From: Bacteroidota bacterium
GTDB lineage: Bacteria > Bacteroidota > Ignavibacteria > UBA10030 > BY39
Length of the DNA stretch: 64,000 nucleotides
Direction: 5' to 3'
Assembly (NCBI GenBank): GCA_030682385.1
Contig: JAUXOG010000043.1
Coordinates: 34,473 to 98,472 of the forward strand
The position numbers and the translations under genes were made by a program. Every line of letters begins with the position of its first letter. Position 1 is the stretch's first letter. Below are positions 49,218 to 59,798 of this stretch, piece by piece. A model generated the notes under the pieces. That model was not told where the DNA came from. It saw only the letters and a list, made by a program, of their open reading frames with translations, and did not search any database.

Positions 49218-52200
49218 ATGAGTCATTTCATACATCTTCATAATCATTCACATTATAGCTTGCTGGACGGCGCAGCAACAATCGATTCGCTTATCAAGGC
49301 GACAGTCGAAAATAAAATGCCGGCGGTTGCGTTAACCGATCACGGCGTGATGTTCGGGATTGCCGAGTTTTTTCTTAAAGCACGAAAGGCTGGAATCAAG
49401 CCGATACTCGGTTGCGAGTTTTATATCGTTCCGAAGGGGACTCGCTTCGAAAAGGAAATTGATAAAAAAAAGAAAGACCAGGGTAAGGGGCGCGGTATAT
49501 ATCAGCATCTTGTTCTTCTTGCAAAAAATATTGCTGGTTACCGCAACCTGATGAAACTTACCTCCTATGGACACCTGGAAGGATTCTATTACAAACCACG
49601 CATCGACCTTGAACTTTTAAGAAAATATTCGCACGGGTTAGTTGCTCTTTCGGCTTGTCCGGCTGGCGTTGTGGCTGATGATATTCTTGAGGGAAAATAT
49701 GATGAGGCAAAAAAATCAGCCTTAATCTACAAAGAAATTTTTCGGGATGATTTTTATCTGGAAATTCAGGATCATGGATTAGAAAAAGAAAAACCGATTC
49801 TTCAAAAAATGCCTCAATTGGCAAAAGAGCTGAATATAAAATTAGTCGCAACGAACGATATCCACTACATCAAACCTGAACACGCGATTGCACACAATGT
49901 TCTTCTGCTGATACCCGAAGCATCATCGACAAGCAGCAGCGATTACACAAAATTAAAATACAATACCGACCAGCTTTATTTTAAGTCGGCGAAAGAAATG
50001 TGCGAGCTTTTCCAAGATTATCCTGAAGCAATCAATTCTACTTTGGAAATAAACGAAAAGATAGAAAACTTCGATATTCGTGCCGCCGAACCTTATTTAC
50101 CAAAATTTCCGATTCCTAAAGAAGCCGGTCTAAATAATTATGATGAATATCTTGAAAAGATAGTTCAGCAAAAAATTAACGAGCGATATCCTGTTGTAAC
50201 TCCCGAAATTGAAGCACGCATAAAGCACGAGTTGTCTGTTATCAAAAAGATGAAGTATTCGAATTACTTTTTGGTTGTACAGGATTTTATTAATGCAGCA
50301 AAGGAGATGGGCATATCGGTCGGTCCGGGAAGGGGCAGCGCTGCGGGAAGTGTAGTGTCGTATGTTTTAGGCATTATCGATGTCGATCCGTTCAAATACG
50401 ATTTGCTCTTCGAGCGGTTTTTAAATCCCGACCGCGTTAGCCTGCCCGATATCGATATCGATTTTAATGATGATAAACGCGATTTGGTTATTCAATACGT
50501 TCGTGATAAATACGGCGAAAACTCGGTAGCTCAAATTATCACCTTCGGAACTCTCTCATCGCGCGCTGTTCTCAAAGATGTCGGCAGAGTATTAGGAGTT
50601 GAATTAAGTGTTATTGATTCTATTACTAAATTAATTCCTTCCGAACAGGGAAAAGTTTATGAGTTAGACAAGGCGTTGAACACTATTCCTGAACTGAAGT
50701 CGGTGAGGGATAGTAAAGACCCAAAAATAAAAGAGCTAATCGAAATATCACGCGTTTTAGAAGGAATGAACCGCAACGCTTCGATGCACGCATCGGGAGT
50801 TGTGATTGCACCCGGCGATATTACCGACTACGTTCCGCTTTATGCTACACCGCAAACCAAACCGATGACTCAATTTTATATGAACGATTTGGAAACTGTC
50901 GGTTTGTTAAAGATGGATTTCTTAGGTCTGCGAACACTGAAGGTTATTGAGAACGCATTAAAGTTGATCAAACAGAATCACGGTGTTGATATCAACATCA
51001 ACAAAATTCCTGAAGACGATCAAAAAATTTTTGAGATATTTCAGAAGGGGCACACAACGGGTATATTTCAATTTGAGTCTTCGGGGATGCGAGAATCGCT
51101 CATTAAACTGAAACCCACATCGATAAACGAGCTTGTTGCGATGAATGCTCTCTACCGTCCGGGTCCGATGGAGATGATTGACGAATTCATCAGTTGTAAA
51201 AAAGGAACTAAAAAAATTCAATACCTGCATCCTAAATTAGAACCTGTGTTAAAAGAGACTTACGGGGTTATAGTTTATCAGGAGCAAGTAATGCGAATTA
51301 CGAGCGAGATTGCCGGATTTTCCCTTGCCAAAGCGGATATTATGCGTCGCGCAATGGGGAAAAAAGATGAAGCCCTAATGGCGAAACAGAAAGATGAGTT
51401 TGTAAGTGGAGCCGTATCGCTGGGAATTCAAAAAAAATTAGCTGATGAAATTTTCGAAATGATACAGAAGTTTGCAAAGTACGGCTTCAACAAATCGCAC
51501 AGCGTTGTTTACGCTGTGTTGGCTCATCAGACGGCGTATCTCAAAGTTTACTATCCCGCTGAATTTATGACTTCGGCAATGTCGGCTGAAATCGGCAATA
51601 CAGATTATGTCGTTGAACTGATTGAAGAAGCCAATCGGCTCGGTCAGAAAGTTTTGCCCCCCGATGTGAACGAGAGTGAGGTAGATTTTTCAATTACGAA
51701 AAAAGGAATCAGGTTCGGTTTAAGTGCCATAAAGAATGTCGGAGTTGCAGCGGTAGAAAATATTATTAAAGCCCGGAAGGATAAGAAATTTTTTAACTTG
51801 TTCGAGTTGTGCTCGCGTGTTGATTTGAAATCGCTCAACAAGAAAACTCTCGAAGGATTGACTCTGGGAGGTGCGTTAGATTCGCTTGGCAGTCATCGAG
51901 CCGAAATATTTTCAAGCATCGAACGTGCTATTCAGTTCGGACAGAAAAAAAACGCTGAGGATTCGCTCGGTCAATCGAATTTGTTTGGTGGGGGAAAAGT
52001 TAAAGAAGAAACTTCAGAATATCCACCATTGGTAGCGACTGAACCTTGGAGTCAGCACGACTTGCTGGCGAACGAGAAAAAGGTTTTAGGATTTTATATA
52101 TCGGGACATCCGCTGCGAAAATATGAGTTGGATATCAAAGCGTTTTCAACCGTGAAGTTCAATTCGCAAGAGGGAATTAAAAACGGATCAACTGTAAAGG

Positions 52201-52688
52201 CTTGCGGTATCGTTTCGGAAATTAAAAAGAAAATCGACCGAAATGGAAAAACGATGGCTTTTGTCGCTATAGAAGATTTTTCCGGAAAAGGTGAAGTTGT
52301 AGTGTTTGCAAGAACTTATGAGAAATATTCCAACATTCTTACTCAAGATGCAATGCTCATGATTATCGGGAAATCGGATACCGCGGGGGATAAATTAAAA
52401 ATCATTGTCGACGAGTTTATTCCGATTGAACAAGTTCGCGATCGTTTTGCAAAAAAGGTAGTTATCAAAGTTGACGGCAGTGCAGCGGATGTTGATACAA
52501 TCGGTAAATTAAAAAAAATATTAGAAAATAATAAAGGCAGATGCCTGCCGGTTGTTGAGGTAATTGGCATTGAAGAAAATAAGACACAACTATTTCAGTT
52601 AGATGGAAAATATCGGGTGAATCCATCCGACCAATTAATTGAGAAACTTAAAAAATTACTTGGTAACGAAAGTGTAAGTTTACAATAG
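49218..52688 (+). CDS. dnaE: DNA polymerase III alpha subunit
   Basis: PHP domain (HLHNHSHYSLLDG), GRGSAAGS, PDIDIDF, KMDFLGL and YGFNKSHS. Confidence 0.99.
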   Translation: MSHFIHLHNHSHYSLLDGAATIDSLIKATVENKMPAVALTDHGVMFGIAEFFLKARKAGIKPILGCEFYIVPKGTRFEKEIDKKKKDQGKGRGIYQHLVLLAKNIAGYRNLMKLTSYGHLEGFYYKPRIDLELLRKYSHGLVALSACPAGVVADDILEGKYDEAKKSALIYKEIFRDDFYLEIQDHGLEKEKPILQKMPQLAKELNIKLVATNDIHYIKPEHAIAHNVLLLIPEASSTSSSDYTKLKYNTDQLYFKSAKEMCELFQDYPEAINSTLEINEKIENFDIRAAEPYLPKFPIPKEAGLNNYDEYLEKIVQQKINERYPVVTPEIEARIKHELSVIKKMKYSNYFLVVQDFINAAKEMGISVGPGRGSAAGSVVSYVLGIIDVDPFKYDLLFERFLNPDRVSLPDIDIDFNDDKRDLVIQYVRDKYGENSVAQIITFGTLSSRAVLKDVGRVLGVELSVIDSITKLIPSEQGKVYELDKALNTIPELKSVRDSKDPKIKELIEISRVLEGMNRNASMHASGVVIAPGDITDYVPLYATPQTKPMTQFYMNDLETVGLLKMDFLGLRTLKVIENALKLIKQNHGVDININKIPEDDQKIFEIFQKGHTTGIFQFESSGMRESLIKLKPTSINELVAMNALYRPGPMEMIDEFISCKKGTKKIQYLHPKLEPVLKETYGVIVYQEQVMRITSEIAGFSLAKADIMRRAMGKKDEALMAKQKDEFVSGAVSLGIQKKLADEIFEMIQKFAKYGFNKSHSVVYAVLAHQTAYLKVYYPAEFMTSAMSAEIGNTDYVVELIEEANRLGQKVLPPDVNESEVDFSITKKGIRFGLSAIKNVGVAAVENIIKARKDKKFFNLFELCSRVDLKSLNKKTLEGLTLGGALDSLGSHRAEIFSSIERAIQFGQKKNAEDSLGQSNLFGGGKVKEETSEYPPLVATEPWSQHDLLANEKKVLGFYISGHPLRKYELDIKAFSTVKFNSQEGIKNGSTVKACGIVSEIKKKIDRNGKTMAFVAIEDFSGKGEVVVFARTYEKYSNILTQDAMLMIIGKSDTAGDKLKIIVDEFIPIEQVRDRFAKKVVIKVDGSAADVDTIGKLKKILENNKGRCLPVVEVIGIEENKTQLFQLDGKYRVNPSDQLIEKLKKLLGNESVSLQ

Positions 52689-52717
52689 ATTAACAAAAAA
52701 ATAACAAAGGAAAATAT

Positions 52718-53041
52718 ATGAAACCAATTGAAGTAACAGATTCAAATTTTCAAACCGAAGTTTTAAATTCAGATAAACCTGTATTGATAGATTTTTGGGC
52801 AGCTTGGTGCGGTCCGTGCAAAATGATTGCACCGACCATTGAAGAGATTGCAAAAGAATACGACGGCAAACTGAAAGTTTGCAAGCTCGATGTTGATTCA
52901 AACCCAAAAACAGCAATGCAATACGGAATACGTAGTATTCCCACGTTATTGATTATAAAAGGAGGACAGGTTGCCGAGCAAATGGTGGGCGCAGTTCAGA
53001 AAGGAAAATTAGTCGAAAAGATTACGCAGCATTTAGGATAA
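52718..53041 (+). CDS. trxA: Thioredoxin
   Basis: WCGPC active site. Confidence 0.97.
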   Translation: MKPIEVTDSNFQTEVLNSDKPVLIDFWAAWCGPCKMIAPTIEEIAKEYDGKLKVCKLDVDSNPKTAMQYGIRSIPTLLIIKGGQVAEQMVGAVQKGKLVEKITQHLG

Positions 53042-53047
53042 ATCAGA

Positions 53048-53072
53048 GTAGAGACGACTCGTTGAGTCGTCT
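53048..53072 (+). repeat. GTAG-type REP-like palindrome, possibly the trxA terminator
   Basis: GTAG-AGACGACTC-GTT-GAGTCGTCT followed by T-rich sequence. Confidence 0.65.
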
Positions 53073-53114
53073 TATTTTATTTACAGACATGTATGATTAT
53101 GGAGTTTGATTGAG

Positions 53115-53243
53115 ATGAAAGATTTAACCGTAAAAATGACAAAAGGCGGAAGAATTACAATACCCGCACAATTGAGGAAGAAGTTCGGAATTAAAAGTGG
53201 GAATCGGATAAGCATATGTTTGGGGGAAATAATATTTAAGTAA
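53115..53243 (+). pseudogene. Short AbrB/MazE-like ORF (42 aa), probably a truncated antitoxin paralog
   Basis: Hand translation: MKDLTVKMTKGGRITIPAQLRKKFGIKSGNRISICLGEIIFK*. Below the ORF-track cutoff. Confidence 0.75.
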
Positions 53244-53255
53244 GATAAACAATAT

Positions 53256-53284
53256 TTGACTTACATTGATAAATGTGTTATATT
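53256..53284 (+). promoter_or_regulatory. Toxin-antitoxin operon promoter with overlapping inverted repeat
   Basis: TTGACT-N17-TATATT; the spacer contains ACATT-N4-AATGT, a candidate autorepression operator. Confidence 0.6.
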
Positions 53285-53313
53285 TCCACCAGAAATAAGA
53301 TAAGGATAATAAT

Positions 53314-53586
53314 ATGGAAACAACAGCAACAACAAAAGGACAAATAGTGATACCCTCCAAGCTACGCGCCAAGTTAGGTATAAATGAGGGTACGCGAATA
53401 AAGATAGAGTATGACGAAGAAAATAAACAAATTGTATTGAAACCAATAACTAAAGAATCTATAAAAAAATTTCGTGGTATTCTAAAACTAAAACCAGGGC
53501 AAAAACCCGCGACCGAGCAATTGTATGCTGATAGGGAAGCTGATAAAAAGAGAGAGGAGCAAAAACTTGGTAAATACGGTTCTTGA
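53314..53586 (+). CDS. AbrB/MazE/SpoVT-family antitoxin
   Basis: TTKGQIVIPSKLRAKLGINEG; overlaps the downstream PIN gene. Confidence 0.9.
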   Translation: METTATTKGQIVIPSKLRAKLGINEGTRIKIEYDEENKQIVLKPITKESIKKFRGILKLKPGQKPATEQLYADREADKKREEQKLGKYGS

Positions 53587-53977
53587 TAGTTCTGCAGTTT
53601 TGGCACTTTTATTCGACGAACCTACTGCTGGGATTGTTGAAGATATTATTGCTAAAGCGGCAGACGAAAAAAAAGATGTCTTGATTAACGTTGTTAATTG
53701 GGCAGAGGTGTTGTATAAAGTAAACCAGATTCAAGGAAAGGCAGGAATTGCAGCGGCAAAACAATTGGAAAGTGAAAGCTCATTAAAAGTAGTTGATGTT
53801 AATTGTGATTTAGCCGAAGATGCGGCTTTACTGAAAGTTGAATATGGTATTCCGTTAGCCGATAGTTTTTGTGCTGCTCTTGCACTAAAACATAAAGCTG
53901 TTCTCGTAACTGGAGACATGGATTTTAAACCATTAGAACGAGTACTTAAGAAAATTATTTGGTTAAAAAAAGGATAG
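53567..53977 (+). CDS. vapC: VapC-family PIN-domain toxin
   Basis: VLDSSA, NWAEV, ADSFC and LVTGD. Likely TTG start at 53567 after GAGGAG. Confidence 0.9.
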   Translation: MVNTVLDSSAVLALLFDEPTAGIVEDIIAKAADEKKDVLINVVNWAEVLYKVNQIQGKAGIAAAKQLESESSLKVVDVNCDLAEDAALLKVEYGIPLADSFCAALALKHKAVLVTGDMDFKPLERVLKKIIWLKKG

Positions 53978-53988
53978 AACTATTATTT

Positions 53989-56718
53989 TTATTTTATACT
54001 CTCCAAATTCTTCTCTAACTTCTGCAGCGTAGTCTTAAAACTTTCTAATTTATGCCGCTCGTGCTCAACGACTTCTTTTGGAGCTTTGGAGACAAAACTT
54101 TCGTTGGATAGCTTTTTCTCAGTGCTAACATAAAGTCCACGGACACGGTCAATCTCTCTCTGTATCCGCTCACACTCGGCTTCTAAGTTAATTAATCCTT
54201 CTAAAGGTATAAAAATCTCAACATTATCAACGACGGCGCTGGCAGAGTGTTTTGGTCTCTGTGAATTTTTTAAAAGGGCAACCTCTTTTGTTCTGGTTAA
54301 TCGCTTCAGGTAACTTTCGAATTTCTGTAAATGCTTTTCTATCTCTGCATCGTGGAAATTCAGAATTAGATTAATTTCCTTAGACGGCGGCACATCAAGT
54401 TCGCCGCGGATTGTACGGATTGCGTTTACCAGGTTCTGCATAAACAATCCATCCGCTTCCGTATCCTTGTCGATCCATTTTTCATCAGCAGTCGGGAAGT
54501 TAGCTACCATTATACTTTCACCAGCTTTACGATCTGCGAGGTTTTGCCAAATCTCTTCAGTAACAAAAGGTATAAAAGGATGTAAAAGCTTCAGCGCTTC
54601 TTCATAAATGTATATCGCACGGTTCAGCACAACTTTTTTTATATCGTCGGGTTCGCTGCCATACAAACGGGTTTTAATCATCTCAACGTACCAATCGCAG
54701 TAGTCGTGCCATATAAAGTCGTAAAGAATTTTTGTCGCATCGTTTATGTAAAAATTATCTAATGCTTTATTTAAATCAGCAATAGTCGAATTCAATCGGG
54801 ATAAAATCCATCTGTCTGCAAGGTCAAGGTTCTTTTCGAGTTCGATATTCGATGTTCGATGTTCGATATTCGATATTTGTTCTGCGTTCATTTGTAGAAA
54901 CCTTCCGGCGTTCCATATCTTATTTGCAAAGTTTCTTCCTAACTCACATTTCTCGTTTGAGTACAACACATCTTGTCCGAGAGGAGCGAGGTAGAGAACT
55001 GTAAATCGCAGTGCATCGGCGCCGTATTCGGCAATAACATCGAGCGGGTCGGGCGAATTGCCAAGCGATTTGCTCATCTTGCGACCTTGTGCATCACGGA
55101 TAATACTTGTAAAATAAACATCGCGGAAAGGAACAATATCTTTATTTTCTGTCCGAGGCGATCCATCAGGGAATGGTATCTCTTTAGCGAATTCAATTCC
55201 TGCCATAATCATACGAGCAACCCAGAAGAAAATTATATCGGGACCAGTTACAAGTGTATCGGTTGGGTAGAAGTATCTCAAATCCGGGTTGTCTTTATGC
55301 CAGCCCAAAGTAGAAAAGGGCCACAGCCACGACGATGCCCAAGTATCGAGCACATCTTCATCCTGCACCAAATTTTTTGAGTTGCAATGTGGGCAGTGGT
55401 CGGGCTTCGATTTTGAAACAATTGGCTCTTTACATTCAAGTTTGCATTTATCATCACCGACACAATACCAAACCGGAATGCGATGTCCCCACCACAACTG
55501 CCGTGAGATGCACCAATCGCGTATGTTCGTCATCCAGTGTTCATAAACTTTTACCCAGCGGTCGGGATGGAATTTTATCGTTCCGTCTAACACAACTTTG
55601 AGCGCCGGTTCAGCAAGAGGTTTCATTTTTACAAACCACTGGTCGGAAAGATACGGCTCAATTATAGTTTCGCATCTATAGCATCTGCCAACTGCATTAG
55701 TGTGCGGCTCAATTTTCGCTACGAGTTCTTGCAATTCCAAATCTTTTACAACTTCACGGCGTGCATCAAATCGATCTTTACCTGTGTATTTTTTAGGTGC
55801 GTTCTCATTTAAGTTAGCCGATATATCAAAAATATTTATCTGCGGTAAATTATGCCGCTGTCCAATCCAGTAATCATTCGGGTCGTGAGCGGGAGTTACC
55901 TTGACCATTCCCGTTCCGAATGATGGATCAACAAAATCATCGGCAATTATCGGAATGACTCTGTCGGTCAATGGAAGAGAAACATTTTTTCCAATCAAAT
56001 GTTTGTATCTTTCGTCGTTCGAATTTACGGCAACTGCTGTATCGCCCAGCATTGTTTCGGGTCGTGTTGTTGCAACAATTGCAAAATCAGTTGAATCAAC
56101 AATAGGATATTTTATAAACCAAAGATGTCCGTTTTGTTCGATGTGGTTCACCTCGTCGTCGCTGATTGCTGTGTGGTCTTTCGGGCACCAGTTCACTATG
56201 TATTTGCCTCTGTAAATTAAACCTTTGTTGTAAAGCCGGATGAAAACTTCCTGCACAGCTTCCGATAATCCTTCGTCCATAGTGAAACGCTCGCGTTCCC
56301 AATCGCACGATGTTCCAAGTTTTTTAAGTTGCTTGATGATTGTCCCGCCGTATTGTTCTTTCCATTTCCAAACGACTTCGAGGAATTTTTCTCGTCCTAA
56401 ATCGTGTCGGGTTTTACCTTCTTTCAACAAAGATTTTTCAACAACATTTTGTGTGGCAATACCTGCGTGGTCGGTGCCTGGCATCCACAATGTTTCGCAA
56501 CCCTGCATTCTTTTCCAACGCACAAACACATCTTGAATTGTGTTATTTAAAACGTGCCCCATAGTTAAAATGCCGGTGATGTTCGGCGGCGGGATTACAA
56601 TCGTGTACGGCTTTTTATCAGGATTTACTTTTGCGTGAAATAAATTATGCTTCTCCCAGTAAGGGTACCATTTTTCTTCGGCTTCTTTTGGAGAATATGT
56701 TTTTGATAGTTGTGCCAT
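53989..56718 (-). CDS. valS: Valine--tRNA ligase
   Basis: PPPNITG, DHAGIATQ, DWCISRQLWWGH, KMSKS and a C-terminal coiled coil. Confidence 0.99.
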   Translation of the reverse strand: MAQLSKTYSPKEAEEKWYPYWEKHNLFHAKVNPDKKPYTIVIPPPNITGILTMGHVLNNTIQDVFVRWKRMQGCETLWMPGTDHAGIATQNVVEKSLLKEGKTRHDLGREKFLEVVWKWKEQYGGTIIKQLKKLGTSCDWERERFTMDEGLSEAVQEVFIRLYNKGLIYRGKYIVNWCPKDHTAISDDEVNHIEQNGHLWFIKYPIVDSTDFAIVATTRPETMLGDTAVAVNSNDERYKHLIGKNVSLPLTDRVIPIIADDFVDPSFGTGMVKVTPAHDPNDYWIGQRHNLPQINIFDISANLNENAPKKYTGKDRFDARREVVKDLELQELVAKIEPHTNAVGRCYRCETIIEPYLSDQWFVKMKPLAEPALKVVLDGTIKFHPDRWVKVYEHWMTNIRDWCISRQLWWGHRIPVWYCVGDDKCKLECKEPIVSKSKPDHCPHCNSKNLVQDEDVLDTWASSWLWPFSTLGWHKDNPDLRYFYPTDTLVTGPDIIFFWVARMIMAGIEFAKEIPFPDGSPRTENKDIVPFRDVYFTSIIRDAQGRKMSKSLGNSPDPLDVIAEYGADALRFTVLYLAPLGQDVLYSNEKCELGRNFANKIWNAGRFLQMNAEQISNIEHRTSNIELEKNLDLADRWILSRLNSTIADLNKALDNFYINDATKILYDFIWHDYCDWYVEMIKTRLYGSEPDDIKKVVLNRAIYIYEEALKLLHPFIPFVTEEIWQNLADRKAGESIMVANFPTADEKWIDKDTEADGLFMQNLVNAIRTIRGELDVPPSKEINLILNFHDAEIEKHLQKFESYLKRLTRTKEVALLKNSQRPKHSASAVVDNVEIFIPLEGLINLEAECERIQREIDRVRGLYVSTEKKLSNESFVSKAPKEVVEHERHKLESFKTTLQKLEKNLESIK
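54835..54877. repeat. Heptamer tandem repeat (TTCGATR)x5 inside valS
   Basis: Encodes ISNIEHRTSNIE on the minus strand. Confidence 0.9.
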
Positions 56719-59006
56719 TATTTAACTCTGAAATTAGTTACAAATTCGTTTTGGTTTCCGGCTTTGTCGGATATGTCGATTCGCAGCGTATGATTTCCCT
56801 TTGGTAAAGGATTGTCAGCATCATACCATAGTCGGCTGCCTTCGATTTCTGGTATTATTAAATCGTTATTTATATACATTCTGAAATTCTTATAATCAAT
56901 CCCCGACATACCATCGCCGAATCGAAATGCGATTGATGGTCTTCGATTTCTTGTCCGTAGTTTTAAATTGCTGATGAATGGCTTCGTGTCATCTTCGAAC
57001 AAGCCAACATCTGTGAGTGTGCGAGTGAGAGTAGTCGTAAGATAATTACTGTTTGCCGATTTGGTTTGAAAAACCCAATCTCTTTTTCTAACAATATACA
57101 ATGCATCGTTTTGATTGGTCGATTTCATTGAAACTCTGATTCCTTTATTCAATAGTACATCCTGAGAATTGAGCGAGTAAACCATTCTCCCTTCTGAAAT
57201 TGATGAATCAACTGTAACGAAAAGTGGTTTGAACACAGCCCCCGAATCGAAAGCGATTTTTAAATTACCGTTAGCAAGTGTAAACTCACCTGTTTTGTTG
57301 GGTGCAATCGGATAAAGAAAAAAGTTGTCGGATGATTCTACAAATTTACCATTAACTTCGGCTTTTATTTTGATGGATTTTTCTCCCCAATGTGAAATAT
57401 CGGGAATGAATGAACCGCTGTATTTATTTAATTCTACGGCTTTTAGTTGGATGGAATTAGATTTTGTATCTTCCAAAATCTGAACTACAGGAACATCTGT
57501 GAAATAGCCGGCAGTTGTAATTGTTAGATTAATAAAATCCTGAAAATGTTCGCGAACGATTTTGATATTATTGTAATTACCTCCGTCGAGTTTGCGGTTG
57601 AAGTGATAAACAGGTGGCGAATCAAAACCGAATTTATTTTCAGCAACAATTTTCATAATTGTATATTTTTTTACATCGAAAGGGAATGTAATATTTGCTC
57701 CGTTTCTTTGTATAATTCCGATTCGTATCGTGTGCCGCTTCCAATCAGCTTGACCTGACGATTTACCGAAAACTAAAATCTGCTCAATGGAATTAAGATT
57801 ACTTCCTGTTAAAGTGAGTTGACCATCCGAAATATTTTGAATTTGGATTTCAGGTTTCCGGCTGACTAAAATTTTTCCTTCGAGTGATGTTTCGTTATCC
57901 GAAAAATCTTTTACCGAAATTTTAAAAGTATGTAACCCCTCTGGCATTTCTCCGGTTTTGATAATGCCGCTTCCATAAGGCATACGATTGTAGATAGGGA
58001 GCAGGTTCCCTTCCTCGACGTAAAGTTTTTGGAATTGTCCGTTACTTGCATATAACATTTGTAAATCATAGTGAAGCATAATTTGTTTTGCTTCTGCATC
58101 GGGGAAGCGGTCGAATTTTACCTTGTAGATTAAGTTGTCGTTCAGCATTAATTCGATGCTGTAAATCCCCGATCGGTTCGAAGCTTCGTTAGCCAAATCG
58201 ATGGCTTCGATTCCCAAGCGGACATCGCCCGATACCGGAATGGTCTGTGCGATAGTTAAATTTCTGCCGCCTCGGTTTCGGTTGTTATAAAAGTAAGGTG
58301 TAATTTTCCCGAAAACTTCCGAATTCATTCCAGCGGGTGCTACGAAAATTTTCTTAATTATCGGCGGACGGTTGTCGCTAATGTATAAATTCTGAAATAG
58401 AAACGGGTTAACGGGATTCATATTCTCGTCTCTTATCTCAAAATGTAAATGCGGGGGACCTGCACCTGTATCGCCTGTATAAGCAATAATATCGCCACTT
58501 TGAACCGGCAGCATTTCAGCGTCAAGCTTCAGGTCGATGTAAAACGATTGCCTCTTGTATTGCTCTCTTTGCACGATCTCATTAATTTCGTTGTTAAAAG
58601 TTTTAAGGTGAGCATAAGTAGTATAGTAATCGTCGGGATGTTTTACGTAAAGCATTTTTCCGTAACCGTCGGGCATCATACGGATTCGGGCGATATAACC
58701 TTCGCGCGATGCGAATACCCTGAATCCGGTTTTCTTATTCGTGCTTACATCGATACCGCCGTGAAAATGATTATTGCGGAATTCTCCGAACGAGGATGTT
58801 ACCCGGTTGCTTGCATCTGTGGGCCAAATATATTTTGCCGCATCGGAAGTAAAGGAATCGAACTTATAGTAAATTTCATTAATTGCATTTGGAGAAGATG
58901 GAATTGCCGGTTCGTTTTTGTTTTCTGACGGAGAGAAGAAACCAAAAAATAAAAGAGCAGATGCGAATATGAGAACAAATATATAGATAGAGAAATTTTT
59001 GATCAT
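56718..59006 (-). CDS. M23-family metallopeptidase with long C-terminal extension
   Basis: HFHGGID, YAHL and GPPHLHFEIR; N-terminal signal or anchor. Confidence 0.9.
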   Translation of the reverse strand: MIKNFSIYIFVLIFASALLFFGFFSPSENKNEPAIPSSPNAINEIYYKFDSFTSDAAKYIWPTDASNRVTSSFGEFRNNHFHGGIDVSTNKKTGFRVFASREGYIARIRMMPDGYGKMLYVKHPDDYYTTYAHLKTFNNEINEIVQREQYKRQSFYIDLKLDAEMLPVQSGDIIAYTGDTGAGPPHLHFEIRDENMNPVNPFLFQNLYISDNRPPIIKKIFVAPAGMNSEVFGKITPYFYNNRNRGGRNLTIAQTIPVSGDVRLGIEAIDLANEASNRSGIYSIELMLNDNLIYKVKFDRFPDAEAKQIMLHYDLQMLYASNGQFQKLYVEEGNLLPIYNRMPYGSGIIKTGEMPEGLHTFKISVKDFSDNETSLEGKILVSRKPEIQIQNISDGQLTLTGSNLNSIEQILVFGKSSGQADWKRHTIRIGIIQRNGANITFPFDVKKYTIMKIVAENKFGFDSPPVYHFNRKLDGGNYNNIKIVREHFQDFINLTITTAGYFTDVPVVQILEDTKSNSIQLKAVELNKYSGSFIPDISHWGEKSIKIKAEVNGKFVESSDNFFLYPIAPNKTGEFTLANGNLKIAFDSGAVFKPLFVTVDSSISEGRMVYSLNSQDVLLNKGIRVSMKSTNQNDALYIVRKRDWVFQTKSANSNYLTTTLTRTLTDVGLFEDDTKPFISNLKLRTRNRRPSIAFRFGDGMSGIDYKNFRMYINNDLIIPEIEGSRLWYDADNPLPKGNHTLRIDISDKAGNQNEFVTNFRVK

Positions 59007-59011
59007 TAAAA

Positions 59012-59680
59012 CTACTTTGTTTCCGATTTAACATTGTTAGTGATTTTGATGTAACCTACAAGTTCGGCTTCGATTGTATCGCCATTATTAACTTGGCTGA
59101 CACCTTCGGGTGTGCCTGTGTAAATTAAATCGCCCCGTTCGAGTGTGATGATTGAAGAAATATATTCAATTAATTTATGAACACTAAAAATCATTTTATC
59201 TGTGTTCGATTGCTGGCGCACTGTGCCGTTCACACGGCAAACTAAATTCAGGTTGTGCGGTTCAGGAATTTCGTCTTTTAATAAAACTTCTGAAATCGGC
59301 GCTGATGTATCGAACCCCTTCGCAACAGTCCAGGGCAATCCTTTTTTCTTTGCTTCTGCTTGAACATCACGAAGCGTCATATCGAGTCCAACAGCATAAC
59401 CTAATATGTGTGAATCCGCATCGGAAGCAAGGATGTTTTTGCCGCCTTTACCAATCACAACGACCAACTCGACTTCGTGGTGCATTTCGTTGGAAATTTT
59501 TGGGATGATGATATCTTCGCCGTCATAAATAATTGCAGAGGGCGGCTTCAAAAAAATTACAGGTTTATCGGGTATATCGGCTTGCATCTCTTTTGCGTGT
59601 TCAATATAGTTGCGTCCGATACAAATTATTTTCCCGACGGGGATTTGTTCGTTAGTTCTGCGAATTGTTACAGTTTTCAT
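59012..59680 (-). CDS. Fumarylacetoacetate hydrolase-family protein
   Basis: CIGRNY..H, HHEVEL, DMTLRD.Q, KGFDT and TGTPEGV. Confidence 0.95.
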   Translation of the reverse strand: MKTVTIRRTNEQIPVGKIICIGRNYIEHAKEMQADIPDKPVIFLKPPSAIIYDGEDIIIPKISNEMHHEVELVVVIGKGGKNILASDADSHILGYAVGLDMTLRDVQAEAKKKGLPWTVAKGFDTSAPISEVLLKDEIPEPHNLNLVCRVNGTVRQQSNTDKMIFSVHKLIEYISSIITLERGDLIYTGTPEGVSQVNNGDTIEAELVGYIKITNNVKSETK

Positions 59681-59798
59681 AGTATTTAATAATATTTATT
59701 AAAAATATACTCACAAATTGGTTATTGTGCAATTTTGCATTTTTACATAAATAATGTTTAATTGAGTTCAGTAAAATTCATAATTATTCATTTTAATA

